From an uncultured virus (IMG/VR IMGVR_UViG_3300021127_000003) (taxonomy: Duplodnaviria; Heunggongvirae; Uroviricota; Caudoviricetes), in IMG/VR virus record IMGVR_UViG_3300021127_000003: DNA of 55,290 bases, one strand, 5' to 3'. Shown here piece after piece: positions 1 through 8,398 of this stretch. The translations under genes were made by a program, and so were the position numbers. The notes beneath the pieces are model-generated. The model had not been told where the DNA came from. It ran no database searches and saw only the letters and a list, made by a program, of their open reading frames with translations. Every line of letters starts with the position of its first letter. Position 1 is the stretch's first letter.

Positions 1-36
1 AATGGTTATATTTATTTTTAAAACCGATAAAAAAAA

Positions 37-3000
37 ATGGATATATCACAAAAAATTTTAAGCGACATTACGGTATACATGAAGTATGCCAAGTACTTAC
101 CAGAGAAAGAAAGAAGAGAAAGCTGGGAAGATTTAGTAACAAGAAACATGGAAATGCATATTAAGAAATTTCCTATGTTAAGAGATGAAATTATAGAAAA
201 ATACAAATTTGTATATGACAAAAAAGTATTACCTTCTATGAGATCACTTCAATTTGGCGGTAAACCAATTGAAATTTCACCAAACAGAATATACAACTGT
301 TTTGGTAGGGAAACTGAATTTATTACATCGGAGGGAACAAAATCATTTAAGGATTTTGAACATGGAGATATTATAACTGTTTTAACACATACTGGTAGTT
401 GGAAATCAGCCGTTGTTAAAAATTATGGTAAACAGTTTCTATCAACAGCCACCTTTAGTAGGGGTAAAAGTAAAAAAACCATCAGAGTTACCAAAAACCA
501 TAGATGGATTTTATTTGATGGTTCTGAAACAACCGAACTTGAATTGAATAAACCACTCTTTCCAACACAAAAAAATGAAAATTTTGACTATAATGGTGCA
601 ACACCTATGGAAAGATTATATTGGTGTTATGGTTATGTATTTGGCGATGGTACACTTCTTAAAAAGAATGGTGAAGCTAAATATTCTATGGTTAGATTGT
701 GTGGAGATGAGGCAACTAAATATCTTTACAGATTCAAAGAAATGGGGTTTGAAACATCTACCTCTAATAGTTTGGATGGGGATATTATGGTTTATACTGG
801 TAAATATTTAAAAACAACACCAGATATAAATATAGATGGTTTAAATATGATAAAAGCCTTTATGGATGGCTATTTATCCGCTGACGGTGCTAAAAACCCA
901 GATTGGTATGAAAATAATACATTATCTAAATATAAATCTATACAATCTTCACAGGAAGATCATATAGATTTTCTTAAAAAATATTTGGAGGTTTGTGGTT
1001 ATTATATTACAAATATTTCTGATTTAACAGGTGAAATAACAAATTTTGGTGAACGACCATTAACTAAAGATTTTTCAATAACAAATCACATTGGTAGTAG
1101 ACCAAACACATCTTGGTCTATGACTGAAGTTAATGATTCATTTGTATCAGAAGATGTGTGGTGTCTTGAAGTTGAGGATGATAAAAGTTTTGTTTTATCT
1201 GGTGGTATTGTGACTGGTAACTGTTGTTATTTACCAATAGACTACATTGATTGCTTTAGTGAAGTAATGTTTTTATTGCTTGGTGGTACTGGTGTTGGTT
1301 ACTCAGTACAAAGACATCACGTAGAAAAATTACCAGAAATAAGAAAACCAAACCCAACAAGAAACAGAAGATTTTTGATATCTGATTCAATTGAAGGATG
1401 GGCTGACGCTATCAAAACCTTGTTAAAATCATATACAGGTGATATTTCTTCAACACCAGTATTCGATTTTTCAGATATTAGACCAAAAGGTGCAAGATTG
1501 ATTACATCTGGTGGTAAAGCTCCAGGGCCTCAACCACTTAAAGATTGTATTCATAATATTAAAAAAATATTAGATACTATAGAAGATGGTGAAAAATTAA
1601 CGCCAATTCAAGTTCATGATATTGTATGTTATATTGCAGATGCAGTACTTGCAGGAGGTATCCGTAGAGCGGCACTAATTTGTTTATTCTCCGCTGACGA
1701 TGATGAAATGATTTCTTGTAAATCTGGTGCATGGTGGGAAAATAACCCTCAAAGAGGTAGAGCGAATAATTCTGCCGTGTTACTAAGACATAAAATAACT
1801 AAAGAATTCTTTGATGATCTTTGGTTGAGAATCAAGTTGTCTGGTTCTGGAGAACCTGGTATTTATTTCACAAATGATAAGGATTGGGGTACCAACCCAT
1901 CGTTAAGGGCAGGTACAAAAGTGTTAACAACAGAAGGGATTTTTCCTATTGAGGAGTTGCAAGATAAAAGTTTTAAAGTTAAAAATTTAAATGGTGAAAT
2001 ATCTGATGCAAAATGTTGGTTATCTGGTAAAAATCAGCAACTTGTTAAGTTAACACTTGAAGATGGTACCGAATATTTTGCAACTAAGGAACATGAATGG
2101 CCCGTTTGGGATGGTGAAAAGTATGTTAAAGTTAAAACACCAGATTTAACAAACGGTGATAAATTACCAATAATTAGAGAGAATAAACTTTTTGATGGTA
2201 ATTTAGGTGGGTATGATGATGGTTTCTTATGTGGTTGGATTATTGGTGATGGTTGGGTTTCAAATAGAAAAGAACATTCAGAATATGGTATGATAGTATC
2301 CGACACTGATGATGAATCTAATATATCCGATAAATTATTAAATACATTAAAAACAAATGTTATAACATTTAATGGTAATTTTAATCGTAGATTCAAAAAG
2401 GAACACCAAAATATTGAGGAGGAGATGCAAATAGTTCTTGTTGATACACACACAAAAGAGATATCTATAAATAATAAAGAGGTTGATTTATATATTAAAA
2501 AGTTTGGTAATGTGGATAAAAACTATGGTTTACCTAAGTCGGTTTGGGTTGATGGTTCAGAAAATTTTAGAAAGGGCTTAGTTGATGCATTATTCAGTTC
2601 AGATGGAAATGTAAGTAAAACACAAAAAAGAATAACATTTACATCTTCACATAAACAATTAGTGGATGATTTATCTGAATTATTAGGTTTCTACGGTATA
2701 AAATCTAAAATAAAAACATCTAAATCTAAATTAGATGGTTATGATAGTGAATTTACAAGATATGATTTAAGAATATGTGAAACAAGTTCAATAAAACACT
2801 TTATTTCCTTGTTTAAATTAACAAATAAATATAAACAAGATATTTTAGATTCTTATAAATTTAGATATAATATTCATGATGATAAACAAATAAAGGTTGA
2901 ATCCGTTGAATTAACAAATATATATGAGGATGTTTGGGATATTTCTGTATTTGATTCAACACATTGTTTTCAAATTTCTAAATTAATTACAGGTAACTGT

Positions 3001-3678
3001 TGCGAAATTGCACTAAGACCATATCAATTCTGTAATCTATGTGAGGTAAATGTTTCAAATATTGAATCTCAGGAAGACTACAACGAAAGAGTTAAAGCTG
3101 CCGCATTTATAGGTACATTACAGGCTGGTTATACAGACTTCCATTATCTTCGTGAGATTTGGAAAAGAACTACTGAAAAAGAGGCTCTAATTGGTGTAGG
3201 AATGACAGGTATCGGTTCTGGTATTGTATTAAACTACGATATTAAGGGAGCAGCTAAACTTGTAAAAGAAGAAAATGCTCGTGTTGCGGCAATTATAGGT
3301 ATAAATGCTGCCGCAAGAACAACAACAGTTAAACCATCAGGTTGCCAAATACCATCTACTGAAATTAGAACAAATAGGGGTACGTTATCACTTGATGATA
3401 TATTCAAATTAAATGGTGTTGACTTGGGTACTAAACTAAATGAATATCGTGAATGGTACGATGTTACAGAAGATATTAAAGTTTATAATTACCTAAATGA
3501 AGAAAAAACTATAACTAAGTTGTTTGTAAATGGTTATGAGGAAACAATAGAATTTGTTATGGAAGATGGTACTGTTATTGAATGTACACCAAACCATAAA
3601 TTTATGATGGTTGATGGTACATGGAAAGAGGCTAAGGAAATCACAGAAAATGATGACTTTTTAATAAAAATTTTCTAA
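37..3678 (+). CDS. nrdJ: Class II (B12-dependent) ribonucleotide reductase, N-terminal precursor; two cis-inteins plus the N-half of a split intein
   Basis: Extein motifs VLPSMRSLQFGG, NRIYN/C, LLGGTGVGYSVQ, GGIRRAALI, GEPG, GTNP/CCEI..FCNL and TTVKPSG are typical of NrdJ; three HINT-type insertions interrupt them. Confidence 0.95.
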   Translation: MDISQKILSDITVYMKYAKYLPEKERRESWEDLVTRNMEMHIKKFPMLRDEIIEKYKFVYDKKVLPSMRSLQFGGKPIEISPNRIYNCFGRETEFITSEGTKSFKDFEHGDIITVLTHTGSWKSAVVKNYGKQFLSTATFSRGKSKKTIRVTKNHRWILFDGSETTELELNKPLFPTQKNENFDYNGATPMERLYWCYGYVFGDGTLLKKNGEAKYSMVRLCGDEATKYLYRFKEMGFETSTSNSLDGDIMVYTGKYLKTTPDINIDGLNMIKAFMDGYLSADGAKNPDWYENNTLSKYKSIQSSQEDHIDFLKKYLEVCGYYITNISDLTGEITNFGERPLTKDFSITNHIGSRPNTSWSMTEVNDSFVSEDVWCLEVEDDKSFVLSGGIVTGNCCYLPIDYIDCFSEVMFLLLGGTGVGYSVQRHHVEKLPEIRKPNPTRNRRFLISDSIEGWADAIKTLLKSYTGDISSTPVFDFSDIRPKGARLITSGGKAPGPQPLKDCIHNIKKILDTIEDGEKLTPIQVHDIVCYIADAVLAGGIRRAALICLFSADDDEMISCKSGAWWENNPQRGRANNSAVLLRHKITKEFFDDLWLRIKLSGSGEPGIYFTNDKDWGTNPSLRAGTKVLTTEGIFPIEELQDKSFKVKNLNGEISDAKCWLSGKNQQLVKLTLEDGTEYFATKEHEWPVWDGEKYVKVKTPDLTNGDKLPIIRENKLFDGNLGGYDDGFLCGWIIGDGWVSNRKEHSEYGMIVSDTDDESNISDKLLNTLKTNVITFNGNFNRRFKKEHQNIEEEMQIVLVDTHTKEISINNKEVDLYIKKFGNVDKNYGLPKSVWVDGSENFRKGLVDALFSSDGNVSKTQKRITFTSSHKQLVDDLSELLGFYGIKSKIKTSKSKLDGYDSEFTRYDLRICETSSIKHFISLFKLTNKYKQDILDSYKFRYNIHDDKQIKVESVELTNIYEDVWDISVFDSTHCFQISKLITGNCCEIALRPYQFCNLCEVNVSNIESQEDYNERVKAAAFIGTLQAGYTDFHYLREIWKRTTEKEALIGVGMTGIGSGIVLNYDIKGAAKLVKEENARVAAIIGINAAARTTTVKPSGCQIPSTEIRTNRGTLSLDDIFKLNGVDLGTKLNEYREWYDVTEDIKVYNYLNEEKTITKLFVNGYEETIEFVMEDGTVIECTPNHKFMMVDGTWKEAKEITENDDFLIKIF
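298..1221 (+). mobile_element. Intein 1 (308 aa) with LAGLIDADG homing endonuclease
   Basis: Starts CFGRETEFIT, block B VTKNHRW, DOD motifs YGYVFGDG and FMDGYLSADG, ends VWCLEV...IVTGN followed by Cys; removal restores NRIYN-CCYLP. Confidence 0.92.
1900..2997 (+). mobile_element. Intein 2 (366 aa) with LAGLIDADG homing endonuclease
   Basis: Starts SLRAGTKVLT, block B ATKEHEW, DOD motifs CGWIIGDG and LVDALFSSDG, ends VWDISV...LITGN followed by Cys; removal restores GTNP-CCEI. Confidence 0.92.
3343..3678 (+). mobile_element. Split intein, N-half (111 aa)
   Basis: Begins CQIPSTEIRT immediately after KPSG, has block B ECTPNHKF and GTWKEAKEI, then a stop with no C-terminal intein motifs. Confidence 0.92.
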
Positions 3679-3702
3679 ATTCAGTTCGTTTCACTGTTGT
3701 TA

Positions 3703-3727
3703 GACTATTTATATAAAATGAATAGTT
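3703..3727 (+). promoter_or_regulatory. TATTTAT putative phage promoter embedded in a 10-bp hairpin abutting the endonuclease start codon
   Basis: GACTATTTAT-ATAAA-ATGAATAGTT pairs over 10 bp (2 G-U); ATG follows at 3728. Confidence 0.6.
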
Positions 3728-4753
3728 ATGGCATCAGTGAAACAATCTTGGATTAAAAAGTATGGTGAATTTGAGGGTTTAAGGCTCTGGGAAGAACGTA
3801 AAAAATTATCAGCTATTACAGAAGATAATTTAATTAAAAAATATGGTTTAGAAGAGGGTTCTTTGAGATGGTTAAGTTACAAAAATAAACTAAAAATTCG
3901 TGGTACTAAGAAATGGTACGTTGATAAATTTGGTGATAAAGATGGTACAAGCAAATGGTTAGAAAAAAACTCTAAATTATCTGTTAGTGAAGATACGTTA
4001 AAAAATAATGGGTTCTCTAATGAAGAAATAGATATTATTAGAACTAAACATCAAGTAAAATCCATTAGGTCGATTGATAATTTTGCTAAAGAGTGTGGTA
4101 ACTACGATAAGGGTGTTGAGAAGTATAATATTTATCGTGAAAAAAATAGATTAACATCTTCCTGGGGATTAAATTATTGGATTGAGAAGTGTAAAGGTAA
4201 TATCGAAGAAGCAAAACATAAATTAACCGAACACCAAAGTAGAAATATTGAATGGTGGAAAGCTAAATATGGTGAAGTTGATGGTGTAATTAAATATAAT
4301 GATTGGGTTATACAAACAACTAAAGCCATAATGTGTGGTGATAATGTTTCTAAAGGACAAATATTATTGGAAAATGATATAAGACAATTCTACAAAGGGA
4401 CTATTTTAGGTTATCAAGAGAAGTACGGTATAATATTAACCAACTCAGAAAAGAAAAATTATAAAATTAAAAATAGTATATTATATCCAGATATAATATT
4501 GCCAGACATAAAAGTAATTATCAATTATCACGGTGATTTTTGGCATGGTTCGGAAAATATCTTTAATAACGAAAACCTAATAATACCAAGAGTTAATAAA
4601 ACAGTAAAAGAAGTGAGATTAATTGATAATGAGAAAGACAACCTATATATCAATCGTGGTTATGCGGTTATCACTGTATGGGAGAATGATTATCAAAAAA
4701 ACAAAGAAAATATAATAATTGAATTAAAAAATAAAATATATGAAAATAATTAA
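3728..4753 (+). CDS. Free-standing Vsr-like (PD-(D/E)XK-related) homing endonuclease with N-terminal repeats
   Basis: About six KYG..EG..W-type repeats, then YPDIIL...IINYHGDFWHG...ITVWEND; sits between the two split-intein halves. Confidence 0.8.
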   Translation: MASVKQSWIKKYGEFEGLRLWEERKKLSAITEDNLIKKYGLEEGSLRWLSYKNKLKIRGTKKWYVDKFGDKDGTSKWLEKNSKLSVSEDTLKNNGFSNEEIDIIRTKHQVKSIRSIDNFAKECGNYDKGVEKYNIYREKNRLTSSWGLNYWIEKCKGNIEEAKHKLTEHQSRNIEWWKAKYGEVDGVIKYNDWVIQTTKAIMCGDNVSKGQILLENDIRQFYKGTILGYQEKYGIILTNSEKKNYKIKNSILYPDIILPDIKVIINYHGDFWHGSENIFNNENLIIPRVNKTVKEVRLIDNEKDNLYINRGYAVITVWENDYQKNKENIIIELKNKIYENN

Positions 4754-4841
4754 AAAGGAAATTAAGAAAAACTTTACGGTGGATATTGAAGTTGAGGATA
4801 CACCAAACTATCAATTAAAGAACGGTATTGTATCGCATAAT
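4740..4841 (+). mobile_element. Split intein, C-half (34 aa)
   Basis: MKIIKKEIKKNFTVDIEVEDTPNYQLKNGIVSHN with +1 Thr: blocks F and G, basic N-terminus. Confidence 0.92.
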
Positions 4842-5417
4842 ACAAGTTCATTAGTTCTTGGTACATCTTCAGGTATTCACGCATGGCACAATGATTATTA
4901 CATCCGTAGAATCCGTGTTGGTAAAAATGAGTCAATATATAATTATTTATATATGTATCATCCAGAACTTATTGAAGATGAATATTTTAGACCACACGAT
5001 ACGGCTGTTATCAGTGTTCCTCAAAAAGCACCAGAAAACTCAATTTATAGAACTGAATCAGCTATAAATTTGTTGGAAAGAGTTAAAAAAATTAGCAAAG
5101 AATGGATTAAACCTGGCCATAGAAAGGGTGAAAACACACATAACGTATCAGCTACTATTGCAATCAAGGAAGATGAATGGGATACAGTAGGTACATGGAT
5201 GTGGGATAATAAAGAATTCTATAATGGATTATCTGTATTACCTTATGATGGTGGAAGTTATATCCAAGCCCCCTTTACTGACATCACTAAAGAAGAATAC
5301 GATGAAATGATAAATCATTTAACAGCTATCGATTTAACAAAAATAATCGAACATGAAGACAATACTGACCAAAAAGGCGAGGTTGCATGTGGTGCAAATG
5401 GGTGCGAAGTAAGATAA
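4740..5417 (+). CDS. nrdJ: Class II ribonucleotide reductase, C-terminal precursor (split-intein C-half plus 191-aa C-extein)
   Basis: After IVSHN comes TSSLVLGTSSGIH..YYIRRIR, HNVSATI, NGLSVLPY.GG.Y.QAPF and the C-terminal Cys pair ACGANGCE. Confidence 0.93.
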   Translation: MKIIKKEIKKNFTVDIEVEDTPNYQLKNGIVSHNTSSLVLGTSSGIHAWHNDYYIRRIRVGKNESIYNYLYMYHPELIEDEYFRPHDTAVISVPQKAPENSIYRTESAINLLERVKKISKEWIKPGHRKGENTHNVSATIAIKEDEWDTVGTWMWDNKEFYNGLSVLPYDGGSYIQAPFTDITKEEYDEMINHLTAIDLTKIIEHEDNTDQKGEVACGANGCEVR

Positions 5418-5424
5418 ATTTTCT

Positions 5425-5455
5425 TAAGGTGTTGGTATCATCTACCAACACCTTA
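5425..5455 (+). other. Perfect 13-bp stem-loop without U-tract
   Basis: TAAGGTGTTGGTA-TCATC-TACCAACACCTTA between the nrdJ stop and the HNH gene. Confidence 0.7.
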
Positions 5456-5480
5456 TGGAAATACTATACTATTTATTAAT

Positions 5481-6038
5481 ATGGGACGTAAAAATACATC
5501 TAAATATTCAAATAAATTTACTATTGGTCAAAAATATGGCGAATATTCTATTATTGATGAAAAAATTATAATTGAAAAAGAAGCTAAAGTAACATGTAAA
5601 TGCTCTTGTGGTGAAATAAAAAAAGTATCGTGTTACTCTTTAATCAAAGGTACATCAACAAAATGTTTAAATTGTGGTAACTCATTAAAAAAAGAAAATA
5701 ACCCATCATGGAAAGGGTTTAATAATATACCTGGTAAAGTTTTTAGTAAAATAAAAAGAGATGCTAAACTTAGAAATATAGAATTTAAACTAACAATATC
5801 TTATCTAAACGATTTGTTTATAAAACAGAATAAATTATGCTCTTTAAGTGGTTTGTTGTTAGAAAGTACATATAATAATATGACAATGTCTTTAGACAGA
5901 ATTGATAATAATAAAGGTTATATTGAAGAAAATGTACAATGGGTACATAAAGATATTAATATGATGAAACGGATTTATTCACAAGATTATTTTATATACA
6001 TGTGTAAATTGGTTGCTGAATGTAATTCAGGAATATAA
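5481..6038 (+). CDS. HNH-like (His-Me finger) putative homing endonuclease
   Basis: CKCSCG..STKCLNCG N-terminal module, KRDAKLRNIEF, LCSLSG, SLDRIDNNKGYIEENVQWVHKDINMMK. Confidence 0.8.
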   Translation: MGRKNTSKYSNKFTIGQKYGEYSIIDEKIIIEKEAKVTCKCSCGEIKKVSCYSLIKGTSTKCLNCGNSLKKENNPSWKGFNNIPGKVFSKIKRDAKLRNIEFKLTISYLNDLFIKQNKLCSLSGLLLESTYNNMTMSLDRIDNNKGYIEENVQWVHKDINMMKRIYSQDYFIYMCKLVAECNSGI

Positions 6039-6065
6039 ACTAAATATTTAAATATTTTAAATATG

Positions 6066-6095
6066 AACCACTCAGTTCTCTGGGTGGTTTTTTTT
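6066..6095 (+). terminator. Intrinsic terminator
   Basis: AACCACTCAG-TTCT-CTGGGTGGTT followed by a T-run. Confidence 0.85.
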
Positions 6096-6142
6096 ATTGA
6101 CTATAATTTTATTTTGATTACTATTTATATTAAATATTTGAC

Positions 6143-6559
6143 ATGAATTTCAGGCAAAAAACAATAGGTATAAATTTTCCTTTCCAGGATTCTACAAACG
6201 GTGATTTTTTGGATTTAACAACATATCCTGAGAAAGAAATAAAATCTGATTTGGTACACCTTTTATTAACAAGAAAGGGATCAAGATATTTTTTACCAGA
6301 ATTTGGTACAAATTTATATCAATATATATTTGAACCATTGACGGATAATGTAACAACAGCAATCCAAAATGAAATAAAGGATGCTTGCACAGCATTTTTA
6401 CCAAATTTAAAAATTAATACAATTAATATAAAACGATATGATACTGATCCAGCATATGTTAATGATCAACAATCACATCATAAAGTAACAGTAACAATTG
6501 ATTATACAATAACTTCCAGAACTTTTGAGGTTTCTGATGACGTAACAATTACATTCTAA
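6143..6559 (+). CDS. gp25/GPW-like baseplate (sheath-initiator) protein
   Basis: GINFPF, IKSDLVHLLLTRKGSRYFLPEFGTNLYQYIFEP; precedes the baseplate wedge gene. Confidence 0.88.
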   Translation: MNFRQKTIGINFPFQDSTNGDFLDLTTYPEKEIKSDLVHLLLTRKGSRYFLPEFGTNLYQYIFEPLTDNVTTAIQNEIKDACTAFLPNLKINTINIKRYDTDPAYVNDQQSHHKVTVTIDYTITSRTFEVSDDVTITF

Positions 6560-6561
6560 TT

Positions 6562-8397
6562 ATGGCAACAACAAATACAATATCATACGGTAGTAGAGAC
6601 TTTGCTACTTTAAGACAAGAGCAGATAGATTATATAAATAAATATTATCCTGATGTAATCCAAAACTTTAATGATGGATCAATTATGTCTGTCTTTCTTG
6701 ACCTTGGAGCGGCATTGGCGGATAACCTACATTTTAATATTGATAGGTCATTACAGGAAACTGTACTTGATTTTGCTCAAGAAGGAAGATCGCTGTTTAA
6801 TATAGCTAAAACTTATGGTTTAAAATTACCAACATTATCAGCAAGTATAGCCGTATGCCAATTCTCAGTTCAAGTACCAGTTTTTGGTGATGCTGAAGAC
6901 ACAAGATATTTACCTGTTTTAAAAGCTGGTACCCAAGTACAAGGTAATGGCCAAACTTTTGAACTTTTGTATGATGTTGATTTTAGTAGTAACCTGAACT
7001 CTTCTGGTGCTTTAGATAGAACAAAAACACCAGTTTTCAATAATGGTATATTAACAGCATATTTGATTACCAAAACAGGTATAGTTGTCGCTGGTACAAC
7101 GAGAATATATACGCAAGTATTTAACAATACACCACCAACACCTTTTTATCAAATAACATTACCAGAAAATAATGTTCTTGATATTGAGTCTGTGATTCAC
7201 AAAAACGGTATAAACTTCACAACTAATCCTACAGATAACGAGTTTGCTTCACCAACAAACAAATGGTATGAGGTAAATTCATTAGCTGAAAATTCAGTTT
7301 TTGTATACGATACAACTGTACCGCCAACAAGTGATGGTATTTACAAAGGTATATGGTTAGATACAAACTATAGATTTGTGAGAGAATTTACACCTACAGG
7401 TTTTTGTACTTTAACATTCGGTGGACAAACAAACCAAGCATTCGATATACTTGATTCATTTCTATCTGGTAATAGTATTTCATTAAGTAATTTATTGAAC
7501 AATAATAGTTTAGGTTATGCACCACTAACAAATACAACAATGTATGTAAAATATAGAGTTGGTGGTGGATCCTCAAGTAATGTTGGCGCTAATGTGATTA
7601 CATCATTTGGATATTTGAATATAACTTTGAATGGCCCTGATGCGCAGCTTAATGGTATCGTACAAGGCTCTTTGACTGTTACTAACATTACACCAGCTGT
7701 GGGTGGAGGTGAAGCTCCATCAATTGAGGAATTGAGAAATTATATATCATATAATTTCGCTGCTCAAAACAGAGCTGTAACATTAAATGATTATAAAGCA
7801 ATATTACTGGGTATGCCAAGTAAATTTGGTACCCCAGCAAGAGTAGGTGTGAGACAAAATCAAAATAAAATAGAAGTTAATCCAATAACTGTTGATAGTA
7901 GTGGCGCTTTCGATTCACAAATAACAAGTGTTATACTCGAAAATATAGCTACATATCTTTCAGAATATAGGATGATAAATGATTATGTTGTTGTAAAACC
8001 TGGCGAAGTTGTTGATTTGGGTTTTGAAATATCTGTTGTTGTAGATTCAACATCACAACTTTCAACAGTAACACAAATAATTTCTGCTGTAACCAATGAA
8101 TTTGTTTCAACTAATAGACAAATGGGTCAAAGTTATTATGTTTACAACTTGAATAAAATAATTTCCCAAATACAAGGTGTTCTTAATTTAAATTATATCA
8201 AGGTTTTTAATGAAACAACTTCAGGATATTCACAAAATACTATTAATCAAAACATTTTAGACACCTCAACAGGGGAGATAGATATAACAACAGGTATATT
8301 AAATTGTGACGAAAATCAAATTCTACAATTAAGAAACCCTAATAGTGATATAGTTGTAATACCAGTTGTATCAACACCAATTAGAACATTAATATAA
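6562..8397 (+). CDS. Baseplate wedge protein (T4 gp6 / Baseplate-J-like)
   Basis: SRDFATLR...AKTYG, LTFGG, YRVGGG, PAVGGGEAPSIEELR...AQNRAVTLNDY. Confidence 0.88.
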   Translation: MATTNTISYGSRDFATLRQEQIDYINKYYPDVIQNFNDGSIMSVFLDLGAALADNLHFNIDRSLQETVLDFAQEGRSLFNIAKTYGLKLPTLSASIAVCQFSVQVPVFGDAEDTRYLPVLKAGTQVQGNGQTFELLYDVDFSSNLNSSGALDRTKTPVFNNGILTAYLITKTGIVVAGTTRIYTQVFNNTPPTPFYQITLPENNVLDIESVIHKNGINFTTNPTDNEFASPTNKWYEVNSLAENSVFVYDTTVPPTSDGIYKGIWLDTNYRFVREFTPTGFCTLTFGGQTNQAFDILDSFLSGNSISLSNLLNNNSLGYAPLTNTTMYVKYRVGGGSSSNVGANVITSFGYLNITLNGPDAQLNGIVQGSLTVTNITPAVGGGEAPSIEELRNYISYNFAAQNRAVTLNDYKAILLGMPSKFGTPARVGVRQNQNKIEVNPITVDSSGAFDSQITSVILENIATYLSEYRMINDYVVVKPGEVVDLGFEISVVVDSTSQLSTVTQIISAVTNEFVSTNRQMGQSYYVYNLNKIISQIQGVLNLNYIKVFNETTSGYSQNTINQNILDTSTGEIDITTGILNCDENQILQLRNPNSDIVVIPVVSTPIRTLI

Positions 8398-8398
8398 T

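Noticed and set aside
3679..4739. Group I intron or frameshifted contiguous intein as the explanation for the nrdJ break
   Set aside because: Only 49 non-coding nt are available, too few for a ribozyme core. The three ORFs are in three frames with their own starts and stops, and both intein halves are complete.
6041..6064. TAAATATTT short tandem repeat as an operator or origin
   Set aside because: Low-complexity AT sequence with no independent support.
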